Positions 50,201-64,000 of a DNA stretch of 64,000 nt are shown one piece after another. Source of the stretch: Tubulanus polymorphus (Eukaryota > Animalia > Nemertea); the NCBI RefSeq assembly GCF_964204645.1, contig NC_134029.1, positions 20,330,950 to 20,394,949 of the forward strand, in the 5' to 3' direction. Below the pieces are notes generated by a model that saw only the letters and a program-made list of their open reading frames with translations, had not been told where the DNA came from and did not search any database. A program made the position numbers and the translations under genes. The stretch's first letter is position 1. Every line of letters starts with the position of its first letter.

Positions 50201-53200
50201 AACGACTTGTAACCTAGATATAAGTGAATGAACTAATTAAATCCACATATATTAGGCCTATGTTGTAATAGTTGTATAAGTCTAACGTGTCTAGTTAACC
50301 CTTTCAGTGCTGAGTAATCAATTCCCAAAAGTGCTGGAGATAATTTGAGAATGTTTGAGAATTCCAACCCACTGTGTGTTGTGTATCGATAGTTACTAAT
50401 ATTCCACTTTGCTCGACAGGTGCTGCCATCTTGAAATACTATTCCAACTAATAACTAGTTGCATCAGTACACCGAGATGCGGTTTTCTATTAGCGAAGTC
50501 CGTTACAAACTCATACGCCGCACTGCGGTGCACTGCGATGCACTGAAAGGGTTAATTTTTACTTTTGAATGAGAAATGAGCGTATTAAGAGTTTTTTTTG
50601 GCGAGAGTTTTTGGCCGTCAATCCATCTGACAAACGCAATACGCAATTTTTAACTTCCCGAGCAATTGATTTACGCTCTTTTTATGATGTATCGACTCAA
50701 TCTAATGTTATATTCCGGTATTTATTCTAAAAAACTGAAAAATAAATTTCGTGATAAATTATACGCATTGAATTATTTTATTATCTTATGTATGTAAAAA
50801 TTAAACGATTATTCATTTTCATATAGGCTACGTGTACTTATAGACCTGATACTCGCCGAAATACCCATAAACTGTGCCACTTAATACATCCTCGGCATTT
50901 TTCCATCACATACCCACCGACTACAGTAACTTGACAAATGGCACTACAACAGGCTTACTCCTTATACACGCGTTTACCTGTACATACTCCGAAAACCAAC
51001 CCCCCACTTGTATGCTCCCTTACACCATGCAGCGAGCTGGGCCCTGTGAAGTGAGTGACAAGTATAAAAGATATGAGAAAACAGAAATATTAGCCGCGTT
51101 CACACTAGATTCGGCGCTTACGAAGTACCGTACTTTGCTGGTGCCGAATTCACCAAAATACGGCGCTTATACAGCCATTTACGTTCACACTACGAGTCGC
51201 GATTCGGCACTTATAGTAGTATAGTAGTCACCGAGTGTGCCAATAGAGGGGAGTGTAATAAGTGCTAAGTGTTTTGTACTACAAGGATGTAAATACGCGG
51301 CTAGCTAAGCGCCGAATCTGCGTTCACACTACAGAAAATACGCGGCCAGCTCAGTTCCGTACTGAGGTCGGGTTTTCGGCGCGGAATCGCATTCCACGCT
51401 TAATAAGCCGCGTATTTCAGAACGGAACTGAATAAGCCGCGAATAGGCCTCGAATGATTTCCTAGTGTGAACGCTTAGTACCGTACTGAAATCCTAGTGT
51501 GAACGCAGCTACCGTTGAATTGGTGGAATTCTATTTTTCGACCGCATGCTACAGGCCTCTTTGATTATATGGAAGATTCCGATTGGTGACCGCGTTTTCT
51601 TCACTCCTCTGTTATTCTACTATGTATTCATAGCTAAAAATGATCTATTCGTTTTATATACAGGACCTTAAGCTGAAAATCGACAGTAACAAGCAGAAAA
51701 ATGGCTACGTGTTTCCGATGCGAAACCCCCGATTTCTGCAGAGGCGATAAAGCCAACGGTGGTACGTGCGCAATTAAACTTGCAATTCGAGCACATCTTC
51801 TCACCACTAACTCACTCACTCGTTCACGCGCCTTAACTTGTTTAGTATTTCAGCTTCGAATCGATTCGTTCGTTTTCTAACTGACTAACACCGTTCAAAA
51901 AAGCATTGTTCTCTTTTTCAGTATAATATACAGCATTCGTTTCGCGAATTTCTGAGCCCACTCGTCGCCGCCCTATTCGCATTTGAGACGAGTCAAATCG
52001 TGAAATTTCGATAAAACTTGAGTCCGAACTGAACCCGAAGTCATCGAATTCGAACTCGGATAAAGTCTGGTTTCGAATGAGTTTTGATTCGCTGAACCCT
52101 GTCCCCGGATATTACGCAAAAAAAACTTTTGAAACGAATGCTGTAGAATAGATCTCTAGCAAATCTAGATTCGTTAAACTGATTTATTTACTAATCTGTT
52201 TATTTAAAGATTTCCAATCTGTTGCATATAATACGCTTCTTGTTGCTGTTTCTGATGCACGTTCGCTCGAGTCATGCTTCGATTTGTTTGGCAGAGATAA
52301 CAGGTCATTTACGAAGCTATTTTCCAGCAGTTATTGACTTATTCGCACGCAGCTCATCGACTAGATCGTGCTGCCATCTTCATTTCGTATGCTGAACTAT
52401 TCGCTTAGTTTCCTTGTATTGATTTTTATCATAACATGATTTTAATATAACGTATCTATGGATATACTCTTGATGCAAAACTTGCTTTTATTTTTCAGGG
52501 GAGGGTGCAGGGAGTGCGTACCCCCTCCTAAAAAATGTCAAATTGCCAAGAAATTTCACGAGAAAATGAAAAATATTTAATTGTTGCCTAAACAAGTTTA
52601 AATTTATAAACTTGTATTTCCAAAAAAGAGTTAATATTCTCCGATGAGTTTTTTTTCCGGGTACCCTTTTAAATTAATATGATATGCCCTATTTTGGGGG
52701 TGCACCCCTCCCTGAATCAGGCCCTTGATCCGCCCCTGTTTTTAATGTTTGTAAAACATATAAGTTCAAATATTTTATTCTCACAGATAAATGAATTCAA
52801 AGTTTCAGTTTTTCTCAAGTTTCTCAATTTCATGGTTGATATTTCAATTATCTCAAATTGGAAATGGGGCCTTCATAAAAAAAAGGAACGTACCGTCATA
52901 CAACAGGCCCGGCAATATTATAGTGGTGACTGGTTGAAAAAGAAAAAGAAATAATTCAGAAAGAAAAATTACTGATCCAAGTTGTCCTTGGGTAGGTAAA
53001 TGATATCCCAGAACTGTGCTATATGAAGTGTGAAATGAATTTCCCAAATTTTTCCAAACCAGGGAATATTGTGTCAAACTCGTCTAAGTTTTTCCTAATT
53101 TCCCGGTACTATGGGAACCATGCGATGCTCTGCGAAACGTCGTCACAGAGTTGTGAGTTCAGTTCGACTAGAATCGACTGTATTGTCGTATGTAAGGATA

Positions 53201-53497
53201 ATCCGGAGCCGATTTCGGATAACGATATTTAGTTTTATGACATTCACTTTTTGTCAAGTTGAAAAATGCTGTACGTCTTAAAAACGAACCGTAACAAGCC
53301 CTAACTACGGAGTAAATACACTGTATACACCTGTATCATTTTAAAGTAGGCACTTCAGTCGTTTTACGCATACGTGTCACATTAAAGACTTCGATAAAAC
53401 TTAAATGAGTAATTCAAGGAATTTTACGCAGATCGAGATCCTTATTATTATTATGATAATAATAATAATAATTACTATTATTGTAATTATTATTGTA

Positions 53498-53539
<42 letters not shown>

Positions 53540-56260
53540 TTCATTATTAGCATTATTATTATTAGCATTATTATTATTAGCATTACCATCAATCTTCTTT
53601 TTTTTTTTTCTCTAGGGGGCCTGAACGTCCTGGTGATTGTACAGCCTTTAAGGCTCTGTTCTGGTCCCTCATCATCAATCTACTTATTTGTTATACATTT
53701 TATTCTTAATTATAATTGATAATGAAATAAATTACATTACATTACTTATCTGTGTCGGCAATTAATGAGAAAAACCAACTTGGAAGTTCATTGATGCCTT
53801 GAAATGGAAAATGATATATATTTATTCATATATGTATAGCTTAATATTTTCAGTAATGAATAATATAGTATAAAAATATAGTATAAAAGACCATCATAGG
53901 CCTATATACAGACAGCCTGTTAGTTTAGATATTCAATGTACTTTATGAAGAAGGTACTCAACGCAACTCTCTTGAATTGTTCTTTATGAAGGCGCTGCTA
54001 TTGAATAAGTCCTACTTTAGGTGTCACGGTTTTGTTTAAGAGTTTCTATGAAATAAGTCGACAAAATGCTAGATCAATAAAGTTAATTTGAATTTGAATA
54101 TATCAATTGAATTGAATTGACCGGTAACCAGTCCAACCCCGATAAATGGATGAAGTAGCGCACGACTCAAACGATATTCTTATTCATGATTAAAAATCCA
54201 CGAAAATTCACTTGATAGAAAATAAAGAGTCACGAAACTAATTAATTATTTACAAAATAAACGCCAATTTTCGCAATTGTAAATGTTATTTTGAAACGCC
54301 GATGACGTAGAGAGCATATCAACTCATAGAGTACCCACTTAAATAACTCATGATAGTTATCAATAAATAAAAATATTATTGCAACAGATTTTTATAGCAA
54401 TTAAAAAGCATCAAATTCATCATCATAAATCGGTGTGTTATGGTTACAGTTGTCAGTGTGACTAGGTGCATTCATCTACACACACGGTCTCGAATACATT
54501 ATCCTTATTACATTCCACTTCTTCCATATTTCAATCAGTTAATATATTCTCATCTGAAAAGATTTATCAGGTTACTGACTTCTGATAAACTTATTAGTCA
54601 GACCAGGGAGGTGGGAGTAACCTCCCCGGTCTGACTGACTGATAAACTTCTCGTAGAAAATACAGATATCGTAAGTTCCTGGAAAGATGGTGTAGCAGGA
54701 ATTTTCATCAATTAAGAACCAATGGAAGATTCCACAGTCTTTAAAAAAAATTATTTCGATCGAAGTAAAAGGTTTGGCATCTCAAGATGTTATGTCAGAA
54801 TAGATTCGAAAAATATTCCTTCACTCGTCTCCCTAGCACGCTTGCGTCAACATACGCGTGAAATTGATTTAAAAATTGCGAAACGAGTTCACGGATATTC
54901 ACGCGAATGTTATGATTGATGCATTTTTTTTTCAAGAAAAATGTCGGTAACAATGCCGGCGGTAAAAAATGTAGCGAATGAAAAAATTTTGTATAATTCG
55001 TATAATTCGCCAGTAAACCACGCCCTGCCTATCCCGCCGCTGACCTAACACCGATTACAGGTTTATAATTTATGTATTCGTTTATTTTTTGTTTGTTATT
55101 CGTCTCTAAGGGAACCTTTATTATTCACGATCCTCAAACTAGTTTTTAGCCCCCGAGCGTCGTCATCGTCTTATTTCGTCCTTGAAATAATCTAGAAGAA
55201 ACGGAATCTTAATTTGCGCGAACATCTATCAGCTGTTTTGTATCATAATAATGATAATAGTTATAATAATAATTATTATTATAATAACATATATTTACAG
55301 TCCCTTACATAAGATATCTCAACGGACTTTACAAATTAAAGACATAAAATTGGACAAATGGTTAAGACATAAAAACAGTAGGCAAATATATAGAATATTA
55401 CCAAATGTATTATGACAGATGAGGAGAAAGGAGGCCCTGGGGTGGGGGTAGATGTTGGGAATTCGCTGAACCGGTTGAACTCGATAGGGGTGGTTTTTAC
55501 GATTCGTTAGTTTATTTATAACAGTACAGTAGAGGTGGCGGGCACCTCTAAAGAAAAGTCTTTGAATAATGAAAGACTTGTTATCATCGTTTGAATAATA
55601 AATTAACGTAAAAGCAACGTTCCATTATTGACCACGCAATACTATTATGTGCGCATTTCGCGATCTCTCTCACTCGTGGTCCTGTGCAGCGCTGCGGCGC
55701 GCGTCACGTCACACATCGTGCCGCGGGATGCTGAATCAGGTGCTTTCATCGGCGCGTACTTAGCAACCATCGCTAAGCGCCTGCGCAGCGCACCGGGCTC
55801 ACGGTGGTCATTCTTCCAAGTCGCAGCGTCGAAGCGGCCGCGTTTTAGCGGGATAGTCGTCATGAATTGAATAAATATACGAATATAGCGATATATTTCG
55901 AGCTTCAGCGAGAGGTTTGATGAATTTTTCCGAAAGGTGAAATAAAAAAAATGAAATTTTGGCACGCGCCGTTCTATCGGTTTGTCGGATCGATTCGTTC
56001 CGCGGTCGCGTTTCGGAATTGTGTTTAATCGCCGAACGTATTTTCATTGAGGATTCGATTGTTAATCGCGACAGTGTGGATTATTGTTGTTATAAAACTG
56101 GATTTTACAGTAGACACAACTGCCACCTCGAAAAAAATGCGACTCTATTCACCGGACTAGTAGTAGATATATGTTTATAGAAAGAAAGTCGAGTTGTAAC
56201 TACTGGCTTCACGGATAATCAAACGTATGACTGATTTGGAAATAATTCTACATATTCATA

Positions 56261-56304
<44 letters not shown>

Positions 56305-57850
56305 GACAATGGTATTACGGTCGCTTAGTTTCAGTTCGGATGACGTCAGTGGATTAACAACCGAAAATTACTGGATGATTCGTATATAAACATGAACTGC
56401 GGTGATAGATCGGATACTGAGCCCGGCGGCTAACGGTTCTTTAATTGTTTCTGTATATGTGTTTAGAGATAGATAGACCGGTAATTACACCGTTATTATA
56501 TCTAATAATTACGATTCACTAGCGTAGACAACGCCGTGGAGTTCTTATAGTTCCCGAGAGCGTTTGAATTGATCTGTTATGATAAAAGATGATATTAATT
56601 GCCCGTACTCAGCGGGAGATGACCGTTCGAGATAGGCTTTCTTCGATTTCGGGTACCGGCGCGCGCGCATCGTCGATGCGTTTTCCCGACGCGGTCGCCA
56701 GGCTGGAATGAGATGAGAATCGAAAACAACCTGAAAACCTGATTTTCAGCGTCGTCGTAGTCGAGCGCGCGACAATGTTATAAACAATCATAGAAAATGT
56801 CGTCGTCGCCTACGAACAACGTGACCGTAAAATTATTCGACGACGCAAATTGCTATAAACATAACTTGACCAAGCTTGATCGCTGTATGCTGTTATTATT
56901 GAGCTCGGTAACGCTCTGATGAACATCTCGTATATATGTAATACTGTTATTACGACAGGGGTCTAATTTAAGGTGGTGGATTAGTTTGTACACATGACAC
57001 ACACACACTGGTCCGGTCTCCGATGAATATTTTGCTTTACAACAGAGATAACTAATTGCCTACGAGTACTACTAATTTACACTGAGTATTCTTCATCAAG
57101 TCCAAACGTCGATTTGATCTCACAGATCTCGGATATATTCGAATCGTTTGATGAAGAATTTCGATAACCGGAATGATAGATATTACGGGAATATTGTATT
57201 TCGTGAACTACCAGGATTATATTATTATTAACGAAACCTGACAAATTTTAGAACTAAGCGAATTTGTGATATATTTATCTGTGATGACTTGAGAGATGAT
57301 CGATAAAATCATTCGAATCAGTCTTGAAAACTGCTTTTTTCGTAATGAGCCGATTGTGATCGCCGGTTGTGATCGCCGATTGATATTATAGTCGTAGTTT
57401 TAGAAATAACGTGTCGATAATGTTGAAAGCGAATAATAAAGTTTTCGTGAACGAGAAGGACACTCGTCTGATCGATTTGAACGGCTGTTCGAATCCGGCG
57501 TTGAACGACGAGATATTCGACGTACCGCCCGATAAGGTATGGCTCGGCGGGCCTCCGAAGACTCCCCCGCCCGACCAGCGCGAGTTGAAACGTCGACGTC
57601 AACGAAAAAGACGCAAATTCGCAGGTTAGTTTCGGATGAGACGACTGTTTTCACCGGTGGCGCTCGATTTCGGATAATTCAATATCGAATATAAGTGATA
57701 GCGAAAATACGAGGTGGCCACGTAACTGGGAATCAGGGAAAGGTCAGGGTTTCTTTTTACAAAAGGCTGGGAATTTTGAAAAATGCTCAAAAACAGGGAA
57801 AAAGTCAGGGATGAATTGTTGAGATTGTTAGATCACACGTAAAATCAAGC

Positions 57851-57882
<32 letters not shown>

Positions 57883-60800
57883 TTATATATATTTATATGT
57901 ATTTTGAATGTTAATTGATTGGATGCTTAGCGAAAAAACAATTCAAATAGAAGTGGCCACCATGAATTATAAATTGTAGATATTATTGAAAATTCTACTG
58001 CAGTTGTTTCTCCTATCATTCTCGATATGAGAAATGTAGTTATTCGATTTAGATGGTTTTCTGTACACTCTGGTGTCCATTTGAATTGTGATCGGCGAAG
58101 AATATCGTTGAAATTTCATATCGTTACAATTTCTATCAGATAGATAGAAAATTCTATTCGATTTTTATAATGATTTTTTTTTCCTGAATTCATAAGTCTT
58201 ACATTGAGCCCAAATAGTACACATTACGCACGACTATTCCAAAAATATTCAATTATTTTGTTCTCAAAATCACGCCTTTCATATATATAAATAGGCATAC
58301 ATGTATGTATGGATATCGTATGAAAGAATATTTTCACTTCTTGTTTCCATGTACAAAAACCTTTGATATTTTTTTGTGCATTTTCAATGAACGTACTCAA
58401 AAACGAACGTCTATAGAATCTTAGAAAAATCTATTTCGACGTCAGTTTTTTCCAGACTTTTTAAGAACTCGATCAGACCGAGTCCATCCAATTTTTTAGT
58501 GCCTTTTCCATTTTGTCAAAAATTTTGATATGATTTCAGCGCGGGAGTAGTATACTGCCTTTTTGGACATCAAAGTGTCCTTTTCGAGACTTGACAGGTT
58601 CTCCAAAATCAGCCTCTCTGTGCGGGAGTACATATAATATTGCCTATTTTGCCATCGAAGCACCCCGCGACAAGTCCTTCAAAATTGGCGTCTGGATCTG
58701 GGCCGTCGATACATCTTAAACTCTTAAATCGGATACCTTGAAATTGGAGAACAAAAACCGGACATTTCTAGTGACTGTTTGTTCAGGATGTGATGATATA
58801 TACCGGTGTATGTATATATTATATTGGTATTGATTTATCAGATGAATGTATAGAGCGAGCGACGTCTGTAGCACTTTCACCAAATTGAACTGAATTGCTT
58901 CAATCGCGAACGAGCGAGAGAGACGTGAAGTGATTCCTATATATTGACGAAAAATATCGAAAACTAGAAAGAGCAGGCGTTCGATTTAGAAGCTGGCGAG
59001 GAGGGGAAAAGTGTTGTTTTAGACGCTAGAGTTGAGGCTTAGGTTCCAGAAAAATAGGGAATCATCGTACCGTATTACATGGGCTTTTTTTGCTGTATAG
59101 CATCGGGCTGAAATATACGGATATGTCAGAATTCAAAGGGGACTAGACTTCTGTGAAGCCCTACTAATTTTGAGTGCCCATTTATTATGAGGGATTTTTT
59201 CAGAAAGAACACAATTTAGTCCAAAAGAAAAATCAAAACCAGGCAATTCTTTTAAACGAAGACATTATTTTGCTGGTAATTGTTGAAAGTGGTCAAAAGG
59301 ATTATGCCGTAATTACCTCTTTTTTCTTTATTAATTTGTCTGTAGAGATATTTAGTGTAATACCCTCGGATTTTGTCGCTGAATTTGTCCCTCTGGCTGT
59401 TACTTGTTTGAAATGCTTGTCATGTTTATCTTCGCTTGCCATGGTCTTAGTCTTACTCTGACTAAGTAGATTTTCGCACTCTTGAAAGTAACTTCACCGA
59501 AGCAAGCTTACTAAATCGACACAACTGTCGCTCAACTCAATGTTCTCTATGAATCACGAGTCTTGAATACGCCCTAAGTTTTTATCCAGTTGTTGCTTGC
59601 ATTTTTCTAATCTTTTTTATTTTGTTTGCTCGTTTAAATCAGCCCGGATTTGACGTCAGTCTCGATTTTGGTTTCATAGAAAGTATTGACTGAATTATTT
59701 GTTTTGTCCGTTGAATTCACATTCTGCGAGTTTTTGATTGGTAGATGAGGAATTCTTATTGTTCCTCACGGGGGTTTCATAGCAACCTCACGGAGTAGCC
59801 GACTGACGCGGTCATACGCACGCAAAACTATTACACGTCCGATTGATGAAATCAATATCATTTGATTTAGGCCTTTTTATATTAATGATAATGTAAATTA
59901 GAAAATGGGATTTTTTTCCGGAAAAAAATCCGATGGCGAAGAAAAAAAGTTTGAAAATTGAATTTCTTTATATATAATGAGTATTTCAAAATGGATATAA
60001 AAAATTCTTTTATTATTTTCGTATTTTTCGCATGATATTTCGGGAACGACTGCAGAAAAAAAAATAAAAAGGAGTGAAAATTATGAATGTTGAATTCGAT
60101 CCAAATTATGGGAGAAATGACGAAAAATAGCTTTTTGCAAATTACTAGATTGATAATTAAGACGGGACATAAAACTTGTAAAGATTGCGATGAAATTGCG
60201 CGGGAATAAAATGAATTCGTACAGTAATATCACATATAACTAATTCCCTGAAGACATCAGTATTTTTTCTAAGTCGAATGAATTCATCGAACATCGCCGG
60301 CAATGCGACGAACGACAATTCAATTTCTGAACACGCGATACGTAAAGTCTTAAATGAATTTTCAATCGAAAATTATTTATGCTGTATTTTTCAGAAACGG
60401 AAAGACGGATAAGGTCGAATGATCCAGAATATAACGAAGCATTTTACTATGCGGTAAGTTTAAGAATACAACGTAACCCGGTTCCGCAATTCTGCCGTTG
60501 AAATTTATTTTTATTAACAGAACCAATTTGTTGATTTCACGTATAAGCTAAGCTCTTGTATCTGAATTATATGTCTTTAATTCAGAGTGTGATATACAGT
60601 CTAACCATCCTTTTTAATGCCAAATATCACTCAAAATCAATGAAAACACCATTATTTGTAACGCCAAATTCATTATAACGCCATATTTTTCTTGATGGCA
60701 TTGTAACGCATGCATGGCATTGTAACGATTGTCGCGCTCAATTTTAACTGAAACCAGATGTCACGAAATAAATAAATTAATTTTATTTGTCTAAATCATC

Positions 60801-61906
60801 ATATCAGACAACAGTTGTTCTGATTGTTATATTATGCGTACACGACACATAATGTTGCCAGGCATCATTTTCATTATGTAATTAATTATGTCATGAGAGT
60901 TCGATGACGGCTATTATTATTCGGCCATGAATGAAATATTTATTAAAATATTCTGCCGGTCACCTTGCAACGTGTTGCGACATGTTGGCAATTCCAATGT
61001 CGCCTTTTGTAACCGATTTCCCCTTGTTTCCTATGCTTCATAACGGGAAAAGTGACTCGCAATAGAACCTGTATCATATGAATGTAGGTAACGATGTCCT
61101 GGAAAATATGTCCACGGAAATAATGTCCCAGGGAAAATTTCCGGGGACTTTTTTTTACAATATACCGTATTAAATATTTAGGAAATTGATATAATTTTAT
61201 CCCATCAATACACTGTAAAGAGCTGTTTTGCAGCCTCTTCAATACTGACGGGCTCGGTCGCCCCTAGCAAAATTCAAGAATTGATCTTAAAAAAGGGATT
61301 GTCCCTGCTATTTATTTGGTTGGTAAATTTCGTTTGATTTTCTGATTGAGTGTCCCTTACATACCCACCACACCTGCCGGGAGCGAAACAGGGGGTTTGA
61401 TTTCGGAAATCGGAAATCGAAGTACAGATATAGTTGTGTGATCGGCGGTCGAGTTAACATATTTTTTAGTTTAAATCGAAGTACATGATTGGGAAATTCG
61501 GTTCCGGTTCATTCAAACAATCTTCCAACCAGTTTGAACCGGCAGGCGACTGATTGGGGTGAATTAGCAGTAGATAAATCCGCTTATCTTTGTTGAAGTT
61601 TTCAATTTTGAAACCCTCACAGTTTATGATGAGTCAAGCAACATATACCACGAATTGAACTTGTGATCTCGGATGAAGCGCTGTCCGAGCATTTTCATCG
61701 TCTAAATTGGCACTTCCAGCTATTGATAGTTTTGTCGGAAATCATTCCCGGAATTACACATGATTTCCTTTATTTACGATTTCATCTTTCAGAATAACTA
61801 TATATCGACGTCCAAGTACAATGTGTTCACGTTCCTTCCGAAAAATTTGTTCGAGCAATTCCAACGGCTCGCGAATTTTTATTTCCTGTGTCTTCTCATT
61901 CTACAG
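44206..61906 (+). CDS. ATP8B: P4-ATPase phospholipid flippase, ATP8B-like, 5' partial (continues beyond the window); exons 44206-44239 (first coding exon a), 60395-60453, 61793-61906
   Basis: [20 protein letters not shown]|[38 protein letters not shown] is the P4-ATPase N-terminal signature. Exon 44159-44239 ([12 protein letters not shown]|gtaagt) is phase 1 and fits the 60395 acceptor; its assignment to this gene is inferred. Confidence 0.85.
44635..44925. mobile_element. piggyBac-type MITE; inverted sister copy at 50299-50551
   Basis: ttaa|(c/t)cctttcagtgc ... gcactgaaaggg|ttaa in both copies, with shared internal sequence in opposite orientation. Confidence 0.85.
45443..45662 (+). mobile_element. 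Old Penelope-like palindromic insertion with degenerate hammerhead core (45557-45595)
   Basis: CTGAAGA..GACTAT-cagaatat-ATAGTC-GcAAC-ATC, the same stem II as 26087-26120. Inverted arms gagaat..aatgataacaaaaa / tttttgttatcatt..attctc. Confidence 0.5.
47148..47399. mobile_element. cagggtggccac-terminated MITE family (hAT-like); further copies 47925-48221 (with a nested TIR element ~48042-48186) and 57710-57964
   Basis: Termini cagg(g/t)tggcc.c / aagtggccaccctg. TSDs were not recognisable. Confidence 0.6.
48685..49085. repeat. Tandem repeat, 109-bp unit, 3 full copies plus a degenerate partial copy
   Basis: cagtaatctaatcgtttc recurs at 48685, 48794, 48903 and 49012. Confidence 0.95.
50299..50551. 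mobile_element. piggyBac-type MITE
   Basis: ttaa|ccctttcagtgc ... gcactgaaaggg|ttaa. Confidence 0.85.
51092..51510. mobile_element. Harbinger-like MITE
   Basis: TIRs agccgcgttcacactag / ctagtgtgaacgcagct, with internal cgttcacacta subrepeats. Confidence 0.8.
53440..53590. repeat. (ATT)n microsatellite
   Basis: Seen directly. Confidence 0.95.
54080..54410 (+). repeat. Old dispersed repeat; related copies at ~1-330 and ~44985-45240
   Basis: Shared blocks gaattgaccgg(c/t)aaccag, agtca(c/t)gaaa, cgccaat and gatgacgt in the same order. Confidence 0.5.
57420..57624 (+). CDS. ATP8B: Alternative first coding exon (b) of the ATP8B-like gene
   Basis: [69 protein letters not shown]|gttagt; 205 nt, phase 1, joins in frame to 60395. 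Confidence 0.7.
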
Positions 61907-62428
61907 GTAAGATTTTTTCGAAAAAGAAACCGCGCAACATCCAGTTTCATCTTCGATAAATAATCATTTATTTACTTAAATTTGAAAAAATAAGAAATTT
62001 TCACATTTGAAGCTATAAAGATGATACCTTATTTCTCCTAATTGGCAGGGTTGTTTTGTAAATCGTAATCAGTTCATTTCTATAGCAGCTGGGTCTGTTA
62101 TGGTTAGCTTGATCGAGATTTTAAAAATGTAATGTGCAGGGTAGATAGGCAGTCGGCCGGGTCAATCTTAAAGCCAGCAGAAAGGAGAAACATGGTATCA
62201 TTTTTTTTAGCCTAAGTTAAAATATTTTCTATATATATATATATGAGATAATGAGAAATATTGAAAATTGACATTACTGGTTTATACGAACCCCTAACGA
62301 TACTATTGTGAAGTGTACTAGTAATTAGTGCTAGCTGTTTGTCACGTATTCAATGGCATACAAAAATTAATATATCATGCATGCACTTAGAATTTCAGGT
62401 TCATAGGCATATTCTACCCTAGGTATTC

Positions 62429-62527
<99 letters not shown>

Positions 62528-62599
62528 GCCATTTATGACGTATGTGATTGCACGCTGCTGAAATCATAAAAATCCCAACATCGGTCTCTCGTGGCGGAA

Positions 62600-63720
62600 A
62601 AAATATTCAGTTAAGCATGATGTTTACTGGCTGAAAATTCAATTGAAGCCCCCCATCGTTTAATTTGACATCTGATATCGCGTATTGGATACGAAAATTA
62701 TCCTTTGCGCGCTGTTGCTGTTGCCAGGTTCCACCTGAAATATCATGAATAATTTGTTGGCTGTTTTACATTCTCGTTGGAACACCCCGCCAGTGTACTT
62801 AAGTCATAAATGGCACTTATCATTGTGCGTATTCTCTTAGAACGAATCTCGATGATAATAAATGTGGATATAACGCCTGTGTCTATACTAGAGCCGCGCT
62901 GCTTTACAAGCGTGGATGTAGCCTTTCGCATCGACATTGATTTTTTCGCGTCGTTCTGAGGATTCGCCCGTACAAAAATCATGGCATGTTTGCGATGTTT
63001 TCCTGGCGTTCTAGCCGGACATAATCAGGAACGGATCCAGGGACCACCGTCGAGGGTAGTACAACGTATAAAAAGGGCATTTTGAGAATAAAAATGGCAT
63101 TTTGAAACATAAAGGGCATTCTGAAATTTGGAAAATCAGTTTTTTGCTGCATTTTCCAAGCAACGGTGCTACCGTCTGAATCCCCGCCTGATAATGCTGC
63201 CGGAAGAAATGCCACCGAATTATGCGACGTAGGAGAAAATTCCCCCGGCAAAATGCAAGGTTTTGCACTGAATGAGAAAATGCCAACAGGAAAAGTTATT
63301 TTCAAACGTCAATTTAAATTAAACTGCAGTAATTATCAATCATCTTATTGATGATCTATTTCTATTTAATTTCTAACTTATATTCGCTGTTGTATTTTAG
63401 CACCCCCTCCCTAGTTTGCTCTTCTTTAAATCTGTTAAGCTTGTTCCTGTTTTTTTATGTGGTTCATTACGCTTGTTTTATTATACGTTTATAAATGATT
63501 AGTCTATCCCTCGTTTAAATCGAATTCGTAATCAGTAGTTAATTAATTACACTTCGGACATGTGTAAAAATCTGGATAGAAGTGTAAGGTTTTCAACTGT
63601 TAGAAGAAAAAACATAAATGGCATTTATTCCTACTGTCATTTTCACTGACGGTATTTCTACCGGTGGCATTTTCTGCGATGGTATTTCTTACGGTGGCAT
63701 TTTTTCCTACATTTGTTCCG
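62600..63720. mobile_element. Possible Mutator-like transposon remnant
   Basis: Clustered ggcatttt/aaaatgcc subterminal-type repeats (63070-63720) and a broken minus-strand frame (LYGRILRT..NVDAKGY.H) loosely resembling a MULE transposase C-terminus. Confidence 0.3.
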
Positions 63721-64000
63721 CAGCGCTGACAAATGTTCCAAGTGTGGTTAACACCAGCATTTCGAATAATAATTCCGGGTACTCGCGGTATAATAATTCA
63801 TCTAGTACGGACACAAGTGTTAACAACATATCGAACTGAATTGATGAACAATGCACTCACACGATCTATTAATAATTAATATTGCCGCAATATTTTGTTT
63901 TTAGTTGCTACCGTGGGTTACGTCTTTAAGTTACATAACTACGATAATTCCGTTGGCGTTCGTGCTCGGTTTGACGTTCGTTAAAGATATGCACGACGAT

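Overview
Eukaryotic, AT-rich, intron-containing animal DNA. The gene and repeat content suggests a marine invertebrate, possibly lophotrochozoan (inference only). All exon models were read by eye from GT-AG sites and phase consistency. Genes in order: (1) a ~2.3-kb tandem segmental duplication split by a decayed LINE, holding an intronless rhodopsin-class GPCR that is intact in the left copy and frameshifted in the right copy, where it lies antisense inside intron 2 of a 3-exon, ~408-aa orphan gene with a C-terminal TM helix; (2) two tandem 5-exon SAT/SSAT-family GNAT acetyltransferases; (3) a 15-exon secreted FN2/EGF protein ending in two 10-Cys repeats; (4) a 5-exon signal-peptide beta-lactamase/PBP-fold hydrolase; (5) La/SSB; (6) head-to-head with La, the 5' part of an ATP8B-like P4-ATPase with two alternative first coding exons. 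Introns and intergenic DNA carry many MITEs and several Penelope-type palindromic insertions containing hammerhead-ribozyme cores. No CRISPR, rRNA or complete tRNA gene was seen.
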